Made by a program: the position numbers and the translations under genes
Shown: positions 23,192-37,684 of the stretch, piece after piece
Layout: every line of letters begins with the position of its first letter
How positions within the stretch are numbered: the stretch's first letter is position 1
Assembly (NCBI RefSeq): GCF_006345805.1
Contig: NC_042997.1
Coordinates: 3,348,001-3,412,000, forward strand
DNA length: 64,000 bases
From: Octopus sinensis
Taxonomy: Eukaryota
Direction of reading: 5' to 3'
The notes under the pieces: model-generated
Database searches by the model: none
What the model was told of the DNA's origin: nothing
Seen by the model: the letters and a program-made list of their open reading frames with translations, nothing else

Positions 23192-23618
23192 TGTGTGAAG
23201 AGAAACTACATTTTATGTAATCGTAGAATAAGAAAGTGACCAATAGAATGAAGATATGTTTTAAAAAATAAAGTAGAAGAATTTTCCAAATATATAGATA
23301 ACGACAAAGTCAAACATAGTAAACCTATTTAAAAGATACTGCATAATATTATTTGTTGGGAACTATTCACTGGGATTGTATCGGTTTCATTGAATCGTAC
23401 TGAATGTGCTAATGTAGTTTCCAATATAGACGGAAGTTCAGAAATGGAAGGCATAACTTACTCAATTATATCGGGTCATATAATTGAGTGGTACCCTGAA
23501 ACCTCAAAAGCTAATTCGTTTTCGTTGAGAATTGATCGCAGAAATATGAAAGATCAAGAATAAAAGTCTACTACGTGGTTTGTCTGCCGATGTAAAAACT
23601 CTGCCATTCGAGGAGATA
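23061..23618. repeat. Pair of 42-bp inverted mariner-type termini
   Basis: 23061-23102 vs 23577-23618, 2 mismatches. Confidence 0.7.
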
Positions 23619-25482
23619 ATCTAATATTCTGTATATTTAACAATGTTAACTACTCATAGCACAATCTCAAAATGAAACAAAGGGAAATATCTAAGAATAT
23701 ATGTTTACGTATTCTATTTGATGGCTTTGTTGAAGTAAATAAGAGAGAATTGAATATCGTATGAAGCTGTCCTGAAAGTAGGCAAATTGTTTTGACCTGA
23801 GAAATGAAAATATCTCCGTGGCAACTGATAATCAAACCATAATTAAAAACCAGCTGCTAATAACACGAAGTGAAACTGAAATTGAGATCCTGCGAGCAAA
23901 TTTTCAGAAGCTGTCATAAATATTCTAGTCGACGTAGATCCATGGAAATTATAAGTCTGATCATTAAATTTAAAGTTTGACATTAACACCCAGATGATAA
24001 TGATGATGATGGTATTGTTAACGACTTCCACGACAGCATCTGTAACCAAGATGCCGTTGGCGAATATGATGACAATAATAAAGACTATGACGTTGGAGAC
24101 GGCAACTACGACGCTCAGACAACGATGGCGATGAAGCCAGAATTTCATCTTATTTTATCGACTCCAGTAGGTCGAAAGACTTAGCATGATCACCGCAGGG
24201 TATATATCTAAAACTTACGAAGATTATTATACGTACTGTGAATCATTTAGTTTCCTTTATCATTTTATCTATTCCATAACTTTTTCCCATGTCTTTTAGA
24301 GAAGTAATATTAATATTACTGCATTTCTCTACTACGTGTTCTGTTGCAATGTATCTCAATCTTTACATTAACAGGGAACATCATCCGCTATAGCAATGAA
24401 ACCAACAGCATAAAGCTACATGAATATTAATTCTGCCGTCCATCCGGAAATGCAATAATCAATTTTCTCGGTATCACGTTGTCGTATATAATTATAACGA
24501 AAGAGAATATTACCTTTGTCTTATTTCATTGATTGTATATTTATAAACACATAGATACACACATTCAGATATACATATAGACGTACATGCATACACATAC
24601 ATTTGTATATTTATTGATATAAATGTATACACCCACAACCACACACACGTAAGCACACACACACACACACACACACACACGCGCGCACATGAGTTTGTTT
24701 TCTATGTCCTGTAGTTTGTTGTATGTATTAACAAAATATATACCAGCTTGAAGCTTGCTACTCTGTTCTGGGCAAAATAGGTAGATAACTTCGAGCTATA
24801 CCTCGAGATTCAAAAGAACAAATACTATACACAATAGATTCTTCCTGAAATTTGACACTGAAAAAGAGCACTAATGTATTGTGGACTGCCAAGCCAAATT
24901 GGATATGGAGGAGCTCCCCACTATCCATTTTGGGTGACCGAAATAAGGAACTGCTTTCCTCCTCCACAGCTACAGCATTAAGATTGCGCTGGTGAATGCA
25001 ACCAATATATTAATAGCGAAAATGCTCAGCGTGTTAGACGAACTACATTTGGAAAAGTCCTAGTACCGAAGGAACACACAGTAACAAATGCCAACCCCCT
25101 ACCCGTTATATACATCCATACGTACGGAGTTTATCTCCGGTATGGCATGCCCATCTTATTTAGACAATCTGTCAACTGGAAGCTCGCCAGGGATCTGCAA
25201 ACAAGCGAATAATCTCTGCCAGCAATTTAACATGTGAGGGACAAATAGATTCTACGTGAAACGACGAAGTAAATATTTGAAATCGAGATGATCACAATAT
25301 TTTCAAGTATCGTCCGCCCCCCCCCCCCAAAAAAAAGTGACGAAATTTTAAAAGGCAAATCATTTTATAAGAATGGCTACACGCAGAAATTCCTCTAAGG
25401 TCAAAAACAGTGAACTGCTTATAAATTTTAAGAGTAATTTAGCCTTCGCAGGGTTGTCGAAGTGTCAAATGAAAAGAAATGC

Positions 25483-25516
25483 ATGTATGTATGTCTTATG
25501 TATGTATGTATGTATG

Positions 25517-25550
<34 letters not shown>

Positions 25551-25816
25551 TGTGTGTATGTATGTATGTATGTATGCATGCATTTACGTATGTATGTATG
25601 CATGCACCCCTGTATGTTTCTATATGTGTATACGTATATGCAGTCGAAAATTCTGTATCATTTGAAATACTTAGGGGCACGTGTATGTGATATGAAAGTG
25701 TGCAGTTTGCACATATGAAAGTGGAATAGTTTGTTTTTGACAAACGCTTTAGACGTTTCTTTTATCTAAGCCTCATTGCATACATAAATACATACATACA
25801 TCCATACACACACAAA

Positions 25817-25914
<98 letters not shown>

Positions 25915-25920
25915 ATATAT
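25483..25920. repeat. (TATG)n, (CA)n and (TA)n microsatellite cluster
   Basis: Direct inspection. Confidence 0.9.
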
Positions 25921-26538
25921 ATCATAACATATTACAGCATTAGTCATAGCAGATAGTTACGTAGCTTTGAATGGAAGCGTAAATAATCATAGATTCCTTA
26001 TGGCTTAACATCAGCGAGCACGGGAATGATGGCATATTACACAGATACACACACCCATACATATAAAAAGAAATTGACATGTATTGAATATAGATTTGAA
26101 GTAGAAAACGTATAGGATATACTTGTCTACTCAGAATCGATTCAGAGTATAATTATAAATTTTTCCACTTAAATTTTAAAACTCAAGAAAATTTTCTACA
26201 CCAACATGTTGACTGTGATAAAGTACCACTAGAATGTGCTCATTTTTCACATGCTTACGACATATGATAGCAGACAATAATATTAATATACCTATACACA
26301 TATATACGATCAGTCATACTTGAATGCATACATACATGCATGCATACATTCATATAAACATACATACATACGTAAATATATAATTTGTATGCATATGTGT
26401 ATCTGAGTTTTCTTCTTGCATTGTCACTTCTAAAATACTTAATATACATAAAATAAGGACAGGGAAACTTATTGCAGAATTATGACAACATTATGTTGAT
26501 ACATAAGTGATTAAACATATACGTAATACATATACGTA

Positions 26539-26611
<73 letters not shown>

Positions 26612-26712
26612 TCCGTAATAATGAAGGGTGAAATAAATTAATTTGGAATAATTATCAATTACACCAAGTAGTCTTCGGCATGTAAAAGCCTCATTCGAGG
26701 AAAATTTAAGTA

Positions 26713-26926
26713 ATACTAAGCACTAAAGGGTTTAGCAACGAATTGCCTTACCACATACCGAATTTAGAAATAGCAGTCAAAGAGTTATAGCTATTTCTTC
26801 TACTAAAAAGGGAGATCTCAGTAAAGATCTCCCTTTTTAGTAGAAGAAATAGCTATAACTCTTTGACTGCTATTTCTAAATTCGGTATGTGGTAAGGCAA
26901 TTCGTTGCTAAACCCTTTATTGCTTA

Positions 26927-26930
<4 letters not shown>
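26713..26930. repeat. Near-perfect palindrome: 106-bp arms, 6-nt loop, 1 mismatch
   Basis: 26713-26818 vs 26825-26930; loop cagtaa; flanked by (TA)n. Confidence 0.95.
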
Positions 26931-26970
<40 letters not shown>

Positions 26971-28704
26971 ATTTAGGAGGAATGTGAGGTGAATATGCAT
27001 TGGCTTCTTTCATTTGTTCGTTTTGTACAGTTTATGATTGTAGTTAATTGCGACACCCCTACTGGATATTTTAAGTGTAATTGGATGTTGAACTACAAAA
27101 GATCGTTTTGCATATTTTCACACACATCAAATGCATTGAGCTGTGGATCACAACCGTGACTAGAGCATAATGATAAAAGGATATAAACTTGCGCTAGTCA
27201 TAACATCTCCTACATTTGCTCTGCATGTCATATCAATTATTATTACAAAGTACAGTAATAGCAACATAACTGTTCTGGAAGCCGACTGGAGGAGGGTACT
27301 CTTACATCTACCAATATTTCAAAGAAGGTATTTTCTATCAGGATTTGCCTCACAAACTCTTGCCACATACGCTCGAGGATAAATTAACATACTCTTTGTA
27401 CTATCCAAACCCTTGGCTACAAAATATCACATAAGTGATGGGTATATCTCTCTATTAATCTGCGAATTCTATTACCTATCTATCTCTCTGCTTGTTTTTC
27501 TATCTGCCTGTCTGTATGTCTGTATGTCTGTATGTCTGTCTCTGTCTCTGTCTCTGCCAGTCTATCTATTTAGCTAACCATGCATCTATCTATCTATCTA
27601 TATATCTACCTATCTGTATATCCATCTTTGTTGTGCTATTGTCAAACTATCTTTTTATCTATTTTTCTCTCTAAAGAAATCTCTATATATCCATCTATCA
27701 ATATATGTGAGTTCTAAAATAATATGTTTAATATAAAGGAAGCACGACATATTGTAGAAATAGGTTAACATTATTTTCCATAACATAACAATAGTGTAAC
27801 AATAATTGGCATACATATGTTAAATGAATACAATGTTCTGTGCAAAAAACCCCTCTAACATGGAGAATGAAAACGATATCACTGTTAAATATTGTGTTCC
27901 CTCACCATCGGTATTTGCTAATGTAGAAATGAACCGTTATAATTTATAAAAAAATTCATATCGATATTTTTCGCAAAATGAACTTATGGCAATTCATAAA
28001 GTTACTATACTAAGGCTTCTAAATCGCAATATATCATTTGCCAGGAATAACGCAGTATTCATCGTTTTAAGAAAAACATCCACACTACATCGGATATAAA
28101 GATGCTTACAGATGTTATACCAGCAGCAACGAAAATATACACATCCTCATTATTCAATGTTTTTGAGGTGTCTAAAACATATAGATTGAAGCGGAAATAG
28201 CAACATAGGGATGTAAATACTATGTAAAAGACTTACATCAGCAAATTCGTTTAAAGGGAAAGAGACAATGCAAACATCCAGTACTGTTTTCCGTAGTAAA
28301 AAGCAATGGAAGTAACTTTATGGCTGCCAAAAACGACATTCCTATTAACGCTACCAGAATTATTGCTATCAACACTAGAGATAAAACATACGGAAGGCAC
28401 TAGTCCTGGTAAAGGTCTCAGTAAAATGCGTAGTTGACTTACTTTCACTTTGACTGCTGGCAAATTCCAATCATACGGCAACCAGTAATCATACTATTAT
28501 CACGACTATCATGGCCATCCTTGCAGTGAAAGCAGAAACATCAAAAACAACACATTATTAGCTTGAGCTGTCACGCCATTCTCGAAATTACTGATGAATA
28601 AATGATAGTGTCAAGAGAGATCTATATAATGCAAAGAAGTACGACTGAGTTATACATTTCGGCCAATTTATTTGATGAAAAACATGCAAGTACATCTCCG
28701 TAAT

Positions 28705-31700
28705 TTATTATTATTATTTACTTATATTCTACATAATTGTTAAAATCTTTCACCGTGTCACATACAGGGTCATAGGGCGAGTGAAGAATATGAAATGTTA
28801 CAGTTTCGCATACCTTGTTATCAGCCGGGCATGCTATATCTATGATCTACCATCGCTTGAATTATTTCTCAATTAACACCATATCTGATTTCCTATACTC
28901 TATCACGAGGTCACATTGATTTATGATATCTCCTAGGGTCTTTGCATTATCAATTTCGATGATGCCTTCGGGATTATGTTCGTACCACTTTTTCTTCTCT
29001 CAAGTCCATACTTGTTGCAAAGTGTCCAATGGACAATCTTTGCTATATTGTCATGACGTATCTTAATTTCTTTTTGGGCTGGTGGCGTACATTGACTGGT
29101 AATATGGTATGGGGTTTCGCCATATTTTCTACAAATCCTGCACTTATTGATTTCTGTCATCTATTCTGTAATTGATATAGCTGGTTCAGAACAGAGTAAA
29201 GCCTGAATTTCCGGTTTTAAATCACTTTTAGTCTTCTATAGCTATATTTTTGCTCGGTCTGTCTTATCATTAACGTCCATATAAAATTGTTCATGCATTC
29301 GTTTCTTTATCGAAATATCTTTAGTTTAATTCACTCTCATATGTTTCTAGTGCTTTATTTTTGCAATCTACCTCCCTACACAAATCTGACGTTCTTATTA
29401 CCAATAATTGCTGTTCTGCGGCATTTTTGTTAAATACAATACTATATTGTTTTCTTCTGTTCTAATGTTGTAGTCGCATCCAATCAATCCTCTTCCCCAT
29501 ATTTGTTTGGTACATGCAGTTTGTCTGTGTCAGTTTTGTGGTGGAGTATCCCAAATCTAGTCAGCAACTTGCTTGTCATCCTGTCGAAGTTGTTTAGTTC
29601 GACTATTGTCCAAGCGATTACCCCTAATATATATCTAAGGAGTGAAACCGCCCAGATGTTGGCTGCTTCAACCTTACTGCGTCTGTTTAATCGCAACTTA
29701 AGGATCATTCTCAGTCTGCGCAAGTACTCCACCTTAAATTATTCTGTCATTTATTTCTCCATCAATTTATCCATTTCCAATATCCCCAAGTACATATATC
29801 CCGTCTCTTCTATCTGTTTCATAACCGCCACCTACGATGTGGCAAGCCTGTTCATACATTTGATACTGCATCGTTTCCAGAATAACACACCCCACTTTTT
29901 CAGCCCGAACACCATTTTATGTCAGCAATGAAAATATACAGCGTATCAACGAGGAAACTGACTTCCCGAATAACAAGTGGTTGAGGTTTTGTTGGCTGCT
30001 TTTGAATACGTACCCAAATATTGCTTTCCTCAGAATTAGTATTAATGGTATCATACACAGTACAGAGTCCAGTGGGGACAGGCAGTCATCTAGAAGGATG
30101 CCTCTCATTTCTATTATCCCTAAACTTCTTCCATATGCTGTCAGTTCTGTCCTCCACTTCGCCATACTTTTTCCAACAATCGCTCAATGGACGATACAAT
30201 ACCAAATAGGTTCATGCATTCCCTCATATAAGAATGAGATCATATCGTACGCCCCAAGACATGGCTAAGTTAGTTTTCTTCCTCTTGCAGTCTCTATGTA
30301 CCATATAGTGTACCAGGAGTTGACCCTTGGTACCTCTGCACGTACGCTTGCAACCCTTCTATCATGTGGCAAGATTCAGTTTTTTTCCAGATCTCCGTAC
30401 ATTGACTCTCCCAATATTCCAGTCAATAATTCACACGTAAGTGGCAACAGGATATCGGACTGTAAATGTCTATTGTATTGATTTTATCGATATTTTTCAA
30501 GCACAGAACTGTCCAAACCAATGTCAACCATTTTAGTGTTACTTGGTTGGCATTTAAAAAGGTGTTGAATTGTGCAGTTATTCGTGCATGAATGTCTCCA
30601 AATCTTTTAATCCAGTAACCTTGAACTTCCAGGGGCCTTCCAGTTGCCGATTCTTTTTTTTTTTTTTTTTGGCTGATTTCCTACACATTATTAACTGAAA
30701 ATACTAGTTCTGCCTGTTTGAGACAGACTACTATTTCTTTCAGTTCATGCCACAATTAAGCATCCTTATTGTGCTCCTTGTCTTGGCTCTAGATCTCCCT
30801 CCAAAACCTTTGACTTTCAATGTCATCTGGTAACAACATTTCATTTGTACTTTTTGCATTTATTTCTTTCAAAGATCTCTTCTGAAGCTACTGCGAATAA
30901 CCTGTTCTGCTGGTACCCCTGCGTTATTTGGTAGCATCTTACCGTTCTTGGTTTTCGTTGCAACGAGACTCTGTTTCCGCTCTTCCATTTCCAGTTTCAA
31001 TCCATTTTTTTCAGTATCATACTTCCTGTTCAGTGGCCTGTATTTTTGTTCACTTTTAAGGTCCCCCTTCTCTTTTCGGCCTAACACAGAAATGTCTTTC
31101 GAGAGCGTATCTAACCCCGCCTGTATACTTCTTTTCCACCACAGATTTTTTCTTTTGTCACTCCCATTATAAATCTTTATCTTGACATCAACAATACTAC
31201 TAAAACAATACCTGCTGCCTTGATCAGCATGTTTGTTTCTTTGATGTCTTTTGTTGTGATGTATTTAAGAATTCCATTTACATTTTTCGTTTCGTGGTTC
31301 AGTTTCCACCGATCAATTGTTTTAAGGTTGCAAATAACGTCGCCATTGTTCTCCGTAGCTTTACCTTCATTTTGTCATACATTGCTCTTTCCACATCTCT
31401 CATGTCACCATTAGTTTTATTGTTTTCTTCCATACCATCTATATGTCTGTCATCGAGCAAGCTATCACTGACCTTTTCTGTGGCTTATTAGCGATTTCAC
31501 CCCTGTTTTGTGCTATGAGATTACATTTATAAGTAGAAACTGTATTTTCCTCAGTTCTTTTGCTGCTGTTTTCCCATACCCGTGTTTTGATAGCCTCGAG
31601 TTCTACTTCTGTGAACCAACGACTTTATTATTATTCCACTAGCTTGATCACATAGACACTGATCTGTGTGTTGAAGCGGTACTCTTTCCCTCTATTAATC

Positions 31701-31960
31701 ATACATACCTTGTCTGTAGCCCCTAAGATGAACACGATTTTCGTCTGCTGGTTTGCTCAGATAGTATCCCTCAATGACCACAGCATTGAATTCTTTGTTC
31801 AATCTTTGTGTGCTGCTCCCTGCTGGATAACGACAGACTGGAGTAGGACCAGTATCTCTGAGCCTGTAGGGTGCAATACTGTCACCATCAAGAGCTTCAG
31901 ATTTATTGCCAACGTTATTCACAATATTTGATCTTTTTCATTGTCACTCACATGAAATAG
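28705..31960 (-). mobile_element. Near full-length decayed R4/Dong-type LINE
   Basis: RT region (GILLDDCLSPL..LCMIPL, NHLLF), YLRRLRMILK, CRICRKYGETPYHITSQC, RHD. (ATT)n at the 3' end, 28705-28718. Confidence 0.85.
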
Positions 31961-32109
31961 GGGATTATCTGGTTACGCTATTACCAGTGATTTTATTGTG
32001 ACGCCACTAGATGTATCTACAATCAGGGAGATATTAACTGCTGTTATTTTTTTTTTTTACTTCTTGTCATCGTTAATATTTCCTCGGATCCGACATGAGA
32101 TTTGGTTAA

Positions 32110-32140
<31 letters not shown>

Positions 32141-32700
32141 TATGTTTGACTTTTGCTTCATATTTGTACAATTTCGCTTCAAGTCTCACCCAGAGACCTC
32201 AAGAGACAACAGGTTGGAAGTTCATGTTGTTGTTATGCCTAGTTTGCCATATATTTGGTTTTGTATTTAGTGTTGTACTAGTGAATCTTTAAAAAAAAAA
32301 CGAAAATTATGTTTGTTTTAAAACTTGAGATTACATAGAAAGTATTTTGTGTAGGATATGAGCAGTTCCCATGAGCACTATCTTTTGAATTTCTGCCATT
32401 TTTGGGTTTCCTGGAATCTGAATTAGGTAGCAATCAGCCCCTTTTGCTATCATTCCCAGGGCACCTATGACAACAGGTATTGTTTTAGTCTTCAGGTTCC
32501 ACATTTTGCTGATTTCTATTTCAAGATCTTTATATTTGCTCAATTTTGGTAGGTCTTGACAGATACGTTTATATCGATTGGGACAGTCATATCAATGAGG
32601 AGGCATGTTCTTTGTCTGAAGTTTTTCAATATGATACCTAGCCTATTTGCATCTATCTTTCTGTCAGTTTGAATGATGAAGTTCCAGAGTAGTGAGATGT
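32110..32700 (-). mobile_element. R4/Dong-type 3' fragment
   Basis: SKYKDLEIEISKMWNLKTKTIPVVIGALG..GTAHILHKILSM. (ATT)n at 32110-32138; the 5' junction abuts (AGT)/(ATC) repeats. Confidence 0.88.
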
Positions 32701-33034
32701 GGCCATTTTCAAGCACTGGAGGTTGTTTGTGTTACTAGTAGTAGTAGTAGCAATAGTAGTGGTGGTGGTAGTATCATCATCATCATCCTCATCATCCTCA
32801 TCATCATCATTATTATTTATTGTCTTTGAAAAGATGTTAATGCTGGAGATGGAGACGTACTACGCTGCCAGGTGTTCACTACCACTAAACGAAGGTAACA
32901 GCCCTTTATTTTCCGAACACTAGCCGTAGTATTCGAGTGGTACAATCAGTATTGCTTTCTGCAAGTGCTCCACCCTTATTGCAGCCCCTATGTGTTTCAA
33001 GTAGTTCTCAACTTGTTTACACACTGTTCCCAGG

Positions 33035-34860
33035 GATCCGTAAATTTGTGGTACTACTACCACATTTTTCAGCGACCACAACTGCTTAACCTCTCAAGCT
33101 ACTGTGTCTTGTTTCTTATTCGCTATCACATGGTCACACTGAATCGTAAAATTCCATAGGATTTTTGCATTATCAATTTTGATAATGCGTTCGGGTTTAT
33201 GTTCGTACCACTTTTTGGCTCTGTTATGTCCATACATATTGCAAAATGTTTAATGGATAATCCTTGCTATATTATCATGACGTCTGTTATATTGTTTTGG
33301 GGCTAGTGGCGTACCTTGACTGGTAATATGCCATACGGTTTCACCATTTTGTCCACAAATTCTGCACTTATAACTTTATGGTGTGTTTTCTATTCTGTCT
33401 TTCATATAATTGGTTCTTAGTGCATGCTCTTGAGCAACGCACACTAGAGCCTCTGTTTCTGGTTATAAATCACATTTTGTTAATCCATAGCCATTTTTCC
33501 TCTGCCTGTCTTATTTTTAACTTCCCTATGAAATTGTCCATTTTTTTTTATCCACCTAATTTTCTTTTCATTCATTCCCAAGTGCTTGTAAAGCGTTTTA
33601 TCCTTACCATCTTCCATCCGACACAACCGTGACCTTCTTACGTGTACCTGCGCCAGATAGTGGCTCTCGTGGCTTCTGATCTTAAATCATTGGAAGTATT
33701 ATCACGTACATTGATTTGTCTTGGTCAAAAATGTGGGCTACAGCAACAATTCTGCTCAATACCACAGATTTGCTTGCCAGTTGTTTGACCTTAACCAGTT
33801 GAGCATGTCCCTTAGTGGCTGACAATATGTGCATCTCTGATCCCGAGCAGAAGTAGTGGGGAAGCATCATAGCCATGTGTTGAGAGGGATTCTTTTGGGT
33901 TTTAATATTTCAACTCTGGAAACATGGGTGTTTCGTTCAACATCCTTAAACAACCCTTACTCAGGGACCTTTAGACCAGGATGGGTTACTCGACCAGAAG
34001 AACAATTCTATCGGCTTCATAACCTCCCCCGACGCTATAACTAATCAGTCCATACATTTGATTTTGCCTCTGTTCAAAACTAACACACGACACTTTTATT
34101 TATCCGAAATCCATTCTGATGTCAGCACTGAAATTATACACCGTATCGACGTGGGATCTTACCTGGGATTCATCTGTACCATAAACTGCTGGTATCCCTT
34201 CATTTTTTGCCTTATCTTCTCATGTTTGCTTTCTTTGCATCGAGGGGCTGTTTCAGTTCCTCCGTTTCCACTTTCAGGCCATGTTTTCAATATCATACTT
34301 CCTGTGCAGTGCCGTGTATTTTTGTTCGTTTTTAAGCTCAACCTTCTCTTTTTGGTCTAACACAAAAATGTCACTCGGGAACATATCTAAAGCCCGCCTG
34401 TATGCTTCTTTTTCGCCATGAAACATTTCTTTTTCTATACGCCTTTTATATTTATTTTTCCTGACATCAACGCCCATATTTTCTGCTAAAACAATACTTG
34501 CTGCCTCGATTAAATTATTTGCTCCTGTGATGTTTTTATTCTGATGTATTCCAGTGTTTCATTCACATTTATAGTTTCTTGTTTCAATTTCGAATGAACA
34601 ACCATTTATGTTTGCAAATAATGTCACTATCGTTCTCCTGTAGCTTTGCCTTTAGCAGTCGTAGGTTGCCTTTTCCACATGCCTCATGTCACCAATAGTT
34701 TTATTGTTTTCTTCCAGACTATCTATATGTCTCTCATTGAGCAAGCTATCATATATCAGAAGGAAATGTATTGTCATCGATTCTTCTGCTGCTGTTTTCC
34801 AATACTTGTCTTATGATATCTTCTAACTCTGCTTCTGTGAACCAACGATTTTTCCTTATT
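33035..34860 (-). mobile_element. Internally deleted R4/Dong-type copy interrupted by a 360-bp repeat
   Basis: 33050-33620 resembles 28890-29400; 34030-34850 resembles 30780-31620; the RT core is missing. Confidence 0.7.
33653..34010 (+). repeat. Interspersed non-coding repeat (copy 1)
   Basis: Near reverse complement of 35549-35905. Confidence 0.85.
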
Positions 34861-35061
34861 GCTCGAATTATTATTAGTATTATCATCATCATCAACATCA
34901 TCATTATTATTATTATTATTATTTACTTTTTCTTTCTTCTTTCAAATTTGCTTCCATTTCTTGCCGAGTGTCTTCCCGACTCCTAGGGCAAAGAAACTCA
35001 TAGTGTACATTGGTAGGCCATTAAACCAAACTCAAAAGTTCGTTAATTTTTTTTTTTTTTA

Positions 35062-35270
35062 AATTAAAATACATGAGCAGCAACAGTTCTCACATCGACA
35101 ATGCTCTTCTCAATACTTGTGATGTACCAGTTAAGACAATCTTTGCACTTCTTGCAGGGATGGTAAGCCAGGGATCATTCTCATATAATTTTCGGTTCCC
35201 TTCTTGATCATTCCTAGTGCTCCTACGATCACTGGTATTGTGACCGCCTTGAGATGCCACATTTTCTAAA
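35062..35270 (-). mobile_element. R4/Dong-type extreme 3' fragment
   Basis: ...AKIVLTGTSQVLRRALSM*; abuts (ATT)n at 35271-35365. Confidence 0.75.
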
Positions 35271-35282
35271 TTTATTATTATG

Positions 35283-35352
<70 letters not shown>

Positions 35353-35365
35353 TATTATTATTATT

Positions 35366-35910
35366 GAGTGAGAGAGCAGTGCATGCCATCAAAGTGAAAC
35401 TGGGGTAAAATATACGAAGCCCAGTATACCCATCATGACTACCCGTCTGATAAGGTTACACTAGGCACATGCATCACAACCATATGTGCGCGAAATTGTG
35501 ATCTCATATCAAGATAAACAGCATATGACCTTGCAGGTGGTGTCCAGTTAGAATTTTCTTCTGGTCGAGTAACCCATCCTGCTCAAAAGGTCCCTGAGTA
35601 AGGGTTGTTTAAGGATGTTGAACGAAACACCCATGTTTCCAGAGGTAAAATATTCAAACCCAAAATAATCCCTCTCAGCACATGGCTATGATGCTTCCCC
35701 ACTACTTTTGCTCGGGATCAGAGATGCACATATTGTCAGCCACTGAGGGACATGCTCAACTGGTTTAGGTCAAACAACTGGCAAGCAAATCTGTGGTATT
35801 GAGCAGAATAGTTGCTGTAGCCCACGTTTTTGACCAAGACAAATCAATGTACGTGATAATACTTCCAATGAGTTAAGATCAGAAGCCACGAGAGCCACTA
35901 TCTGGTACTA
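35366..35910 (-). repeat. Interspersed non-coding repeat (copy 2, longer), flanked by (ATT)n on both sides
   Basis: Contains the inverted copy of 33653-34010. Strand is relative to copy 1 only. Confidence 0.8.
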
Positions 35911-35919
35911 AATCAGGGG

Positions 35920-35920
<1 letters not shown>

Positions 35921-35953
<33 letters not shown>

Positions 35954-35986
35954 TATTAATATTATTATTATTATTAATTATTATTA

Positions 35987-36035
<49 letters not shown>

Positions 36036-36102
36036 TATTATTATTATTATTATTATTATTATCGTCATTATTATTATTATTATTATTATTAATAATAAGA
36101 AC

Positions 36103-36180
<78 letters not shown>
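35921..36180. repeat. (ATT)n switching to (AAT)n
   Basis: Polarity flip at about 36090. Confidence 0.95.
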
Positions 36181-36639
36181 CAGTAAAACGAAGACTAATA
36201 ATTATGTATTTGTATATGTTTCACGACAAGCAACTCTAGATACAAATATCAAATCATGAATATTAGATATAATAGAAATAATATGAACACTGTGATCTGA
36301 TTCAATTACATCATACGATGATCAGTATTGAAAGCGTGCTTACGGCAATGCATTCATAACGTTTACAGGTCTGTTCATTGCTTCGTGAATTGTTCTACTT
36401 CATGTAAGTTTACATAAACTCACAAACAATGTGCAACAAAAGATAATTACAGCTGCACTAGAATACATGTTCCAGTGATACATACGCGCACACTCATACA
36501 CAAACACATGCATACACGCATGCCGCACGTTCACACACACGTACGTATATGTATATGTATGCGTGTCTCTGTGTGCATGTAAATATGTGTCTATGTCTCA
36601 GTGTGTAAAAATGTATATACATAAGTATACACATACATA

Positions 36640-36953
36640 ATTTTCGATATATACACTTACTTTAATTACATATGTATCACTAGTTTTAGCCTTTATACAA
36701 ATATTACTATATATATATAGACACACACACATACATGTATTTGTTTATACACATTTATATATACATGCATAATTGTATGTATGCATACATGTTATATATA
36801 ATATATATATATATATATGTATATATATATTTAAATACATATATATATATATGTATATGTTTATACATATAATTGTGTACATATATATATAGATATATAT
36901 GTATATGTATATATATATATAATTATACATATATATAATTATATATAATTGTG

Positions 36954-37013
<60 letters not shown>

Positions 37014-37577
37014 TTATTTATCTGAATGTTTTATATATTGTTTGTTATGTCTTGTTAATGTTTGCATATGATTGGTGCTACTGGTGATATTCCCTGGCAT
37101 ATAAAGATGAAATCCCACAGAACAAGTTGAATAAAAATAATCAATGAAACGAATTAAAAAGAAAATATATCAGTATTTAATACTGACCGATATTATGAAA
37201 AATCTGCGCACACGCACACGCACTCACACACACCCATACACACACATACAGTACGCATGTAGATATATATATGCACTGAGAAACACACACCAAGGCTCAC
37301 ATTCCCCAGCAACCATTTACATATATATATATATATTTATATGAGAGTGCAATCATCAGGATTTATGTATATTGCTCCATATTAACACATACATAAATAC
37401 ACACACACATACATTCATATATATATACACATATATATATAAATATATATGTATATATATATATATATATGTATATATAGGTGCCTCTATTTACACACGC
37501 ACATATACACATACATACATATATACATACATATACATACATATATATATATATATATAGATATGTATATATGTATG

Positions 37578-37628
<51 letters not shown>

Positions 37629-37646
37629 TATATATTATATATATTA

Positions 37647-37684
<38 letters not shown>

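Noticed and set aside
23990-24180. Asp-rich reading frame
   Set aside because: It looks like a decayed (GAT/GAC)n tract.
24750-25260. Relatively GC-rich block with a 69-aa ORF
   Set aside because: No recognisable domain; probably an old TE remnant.
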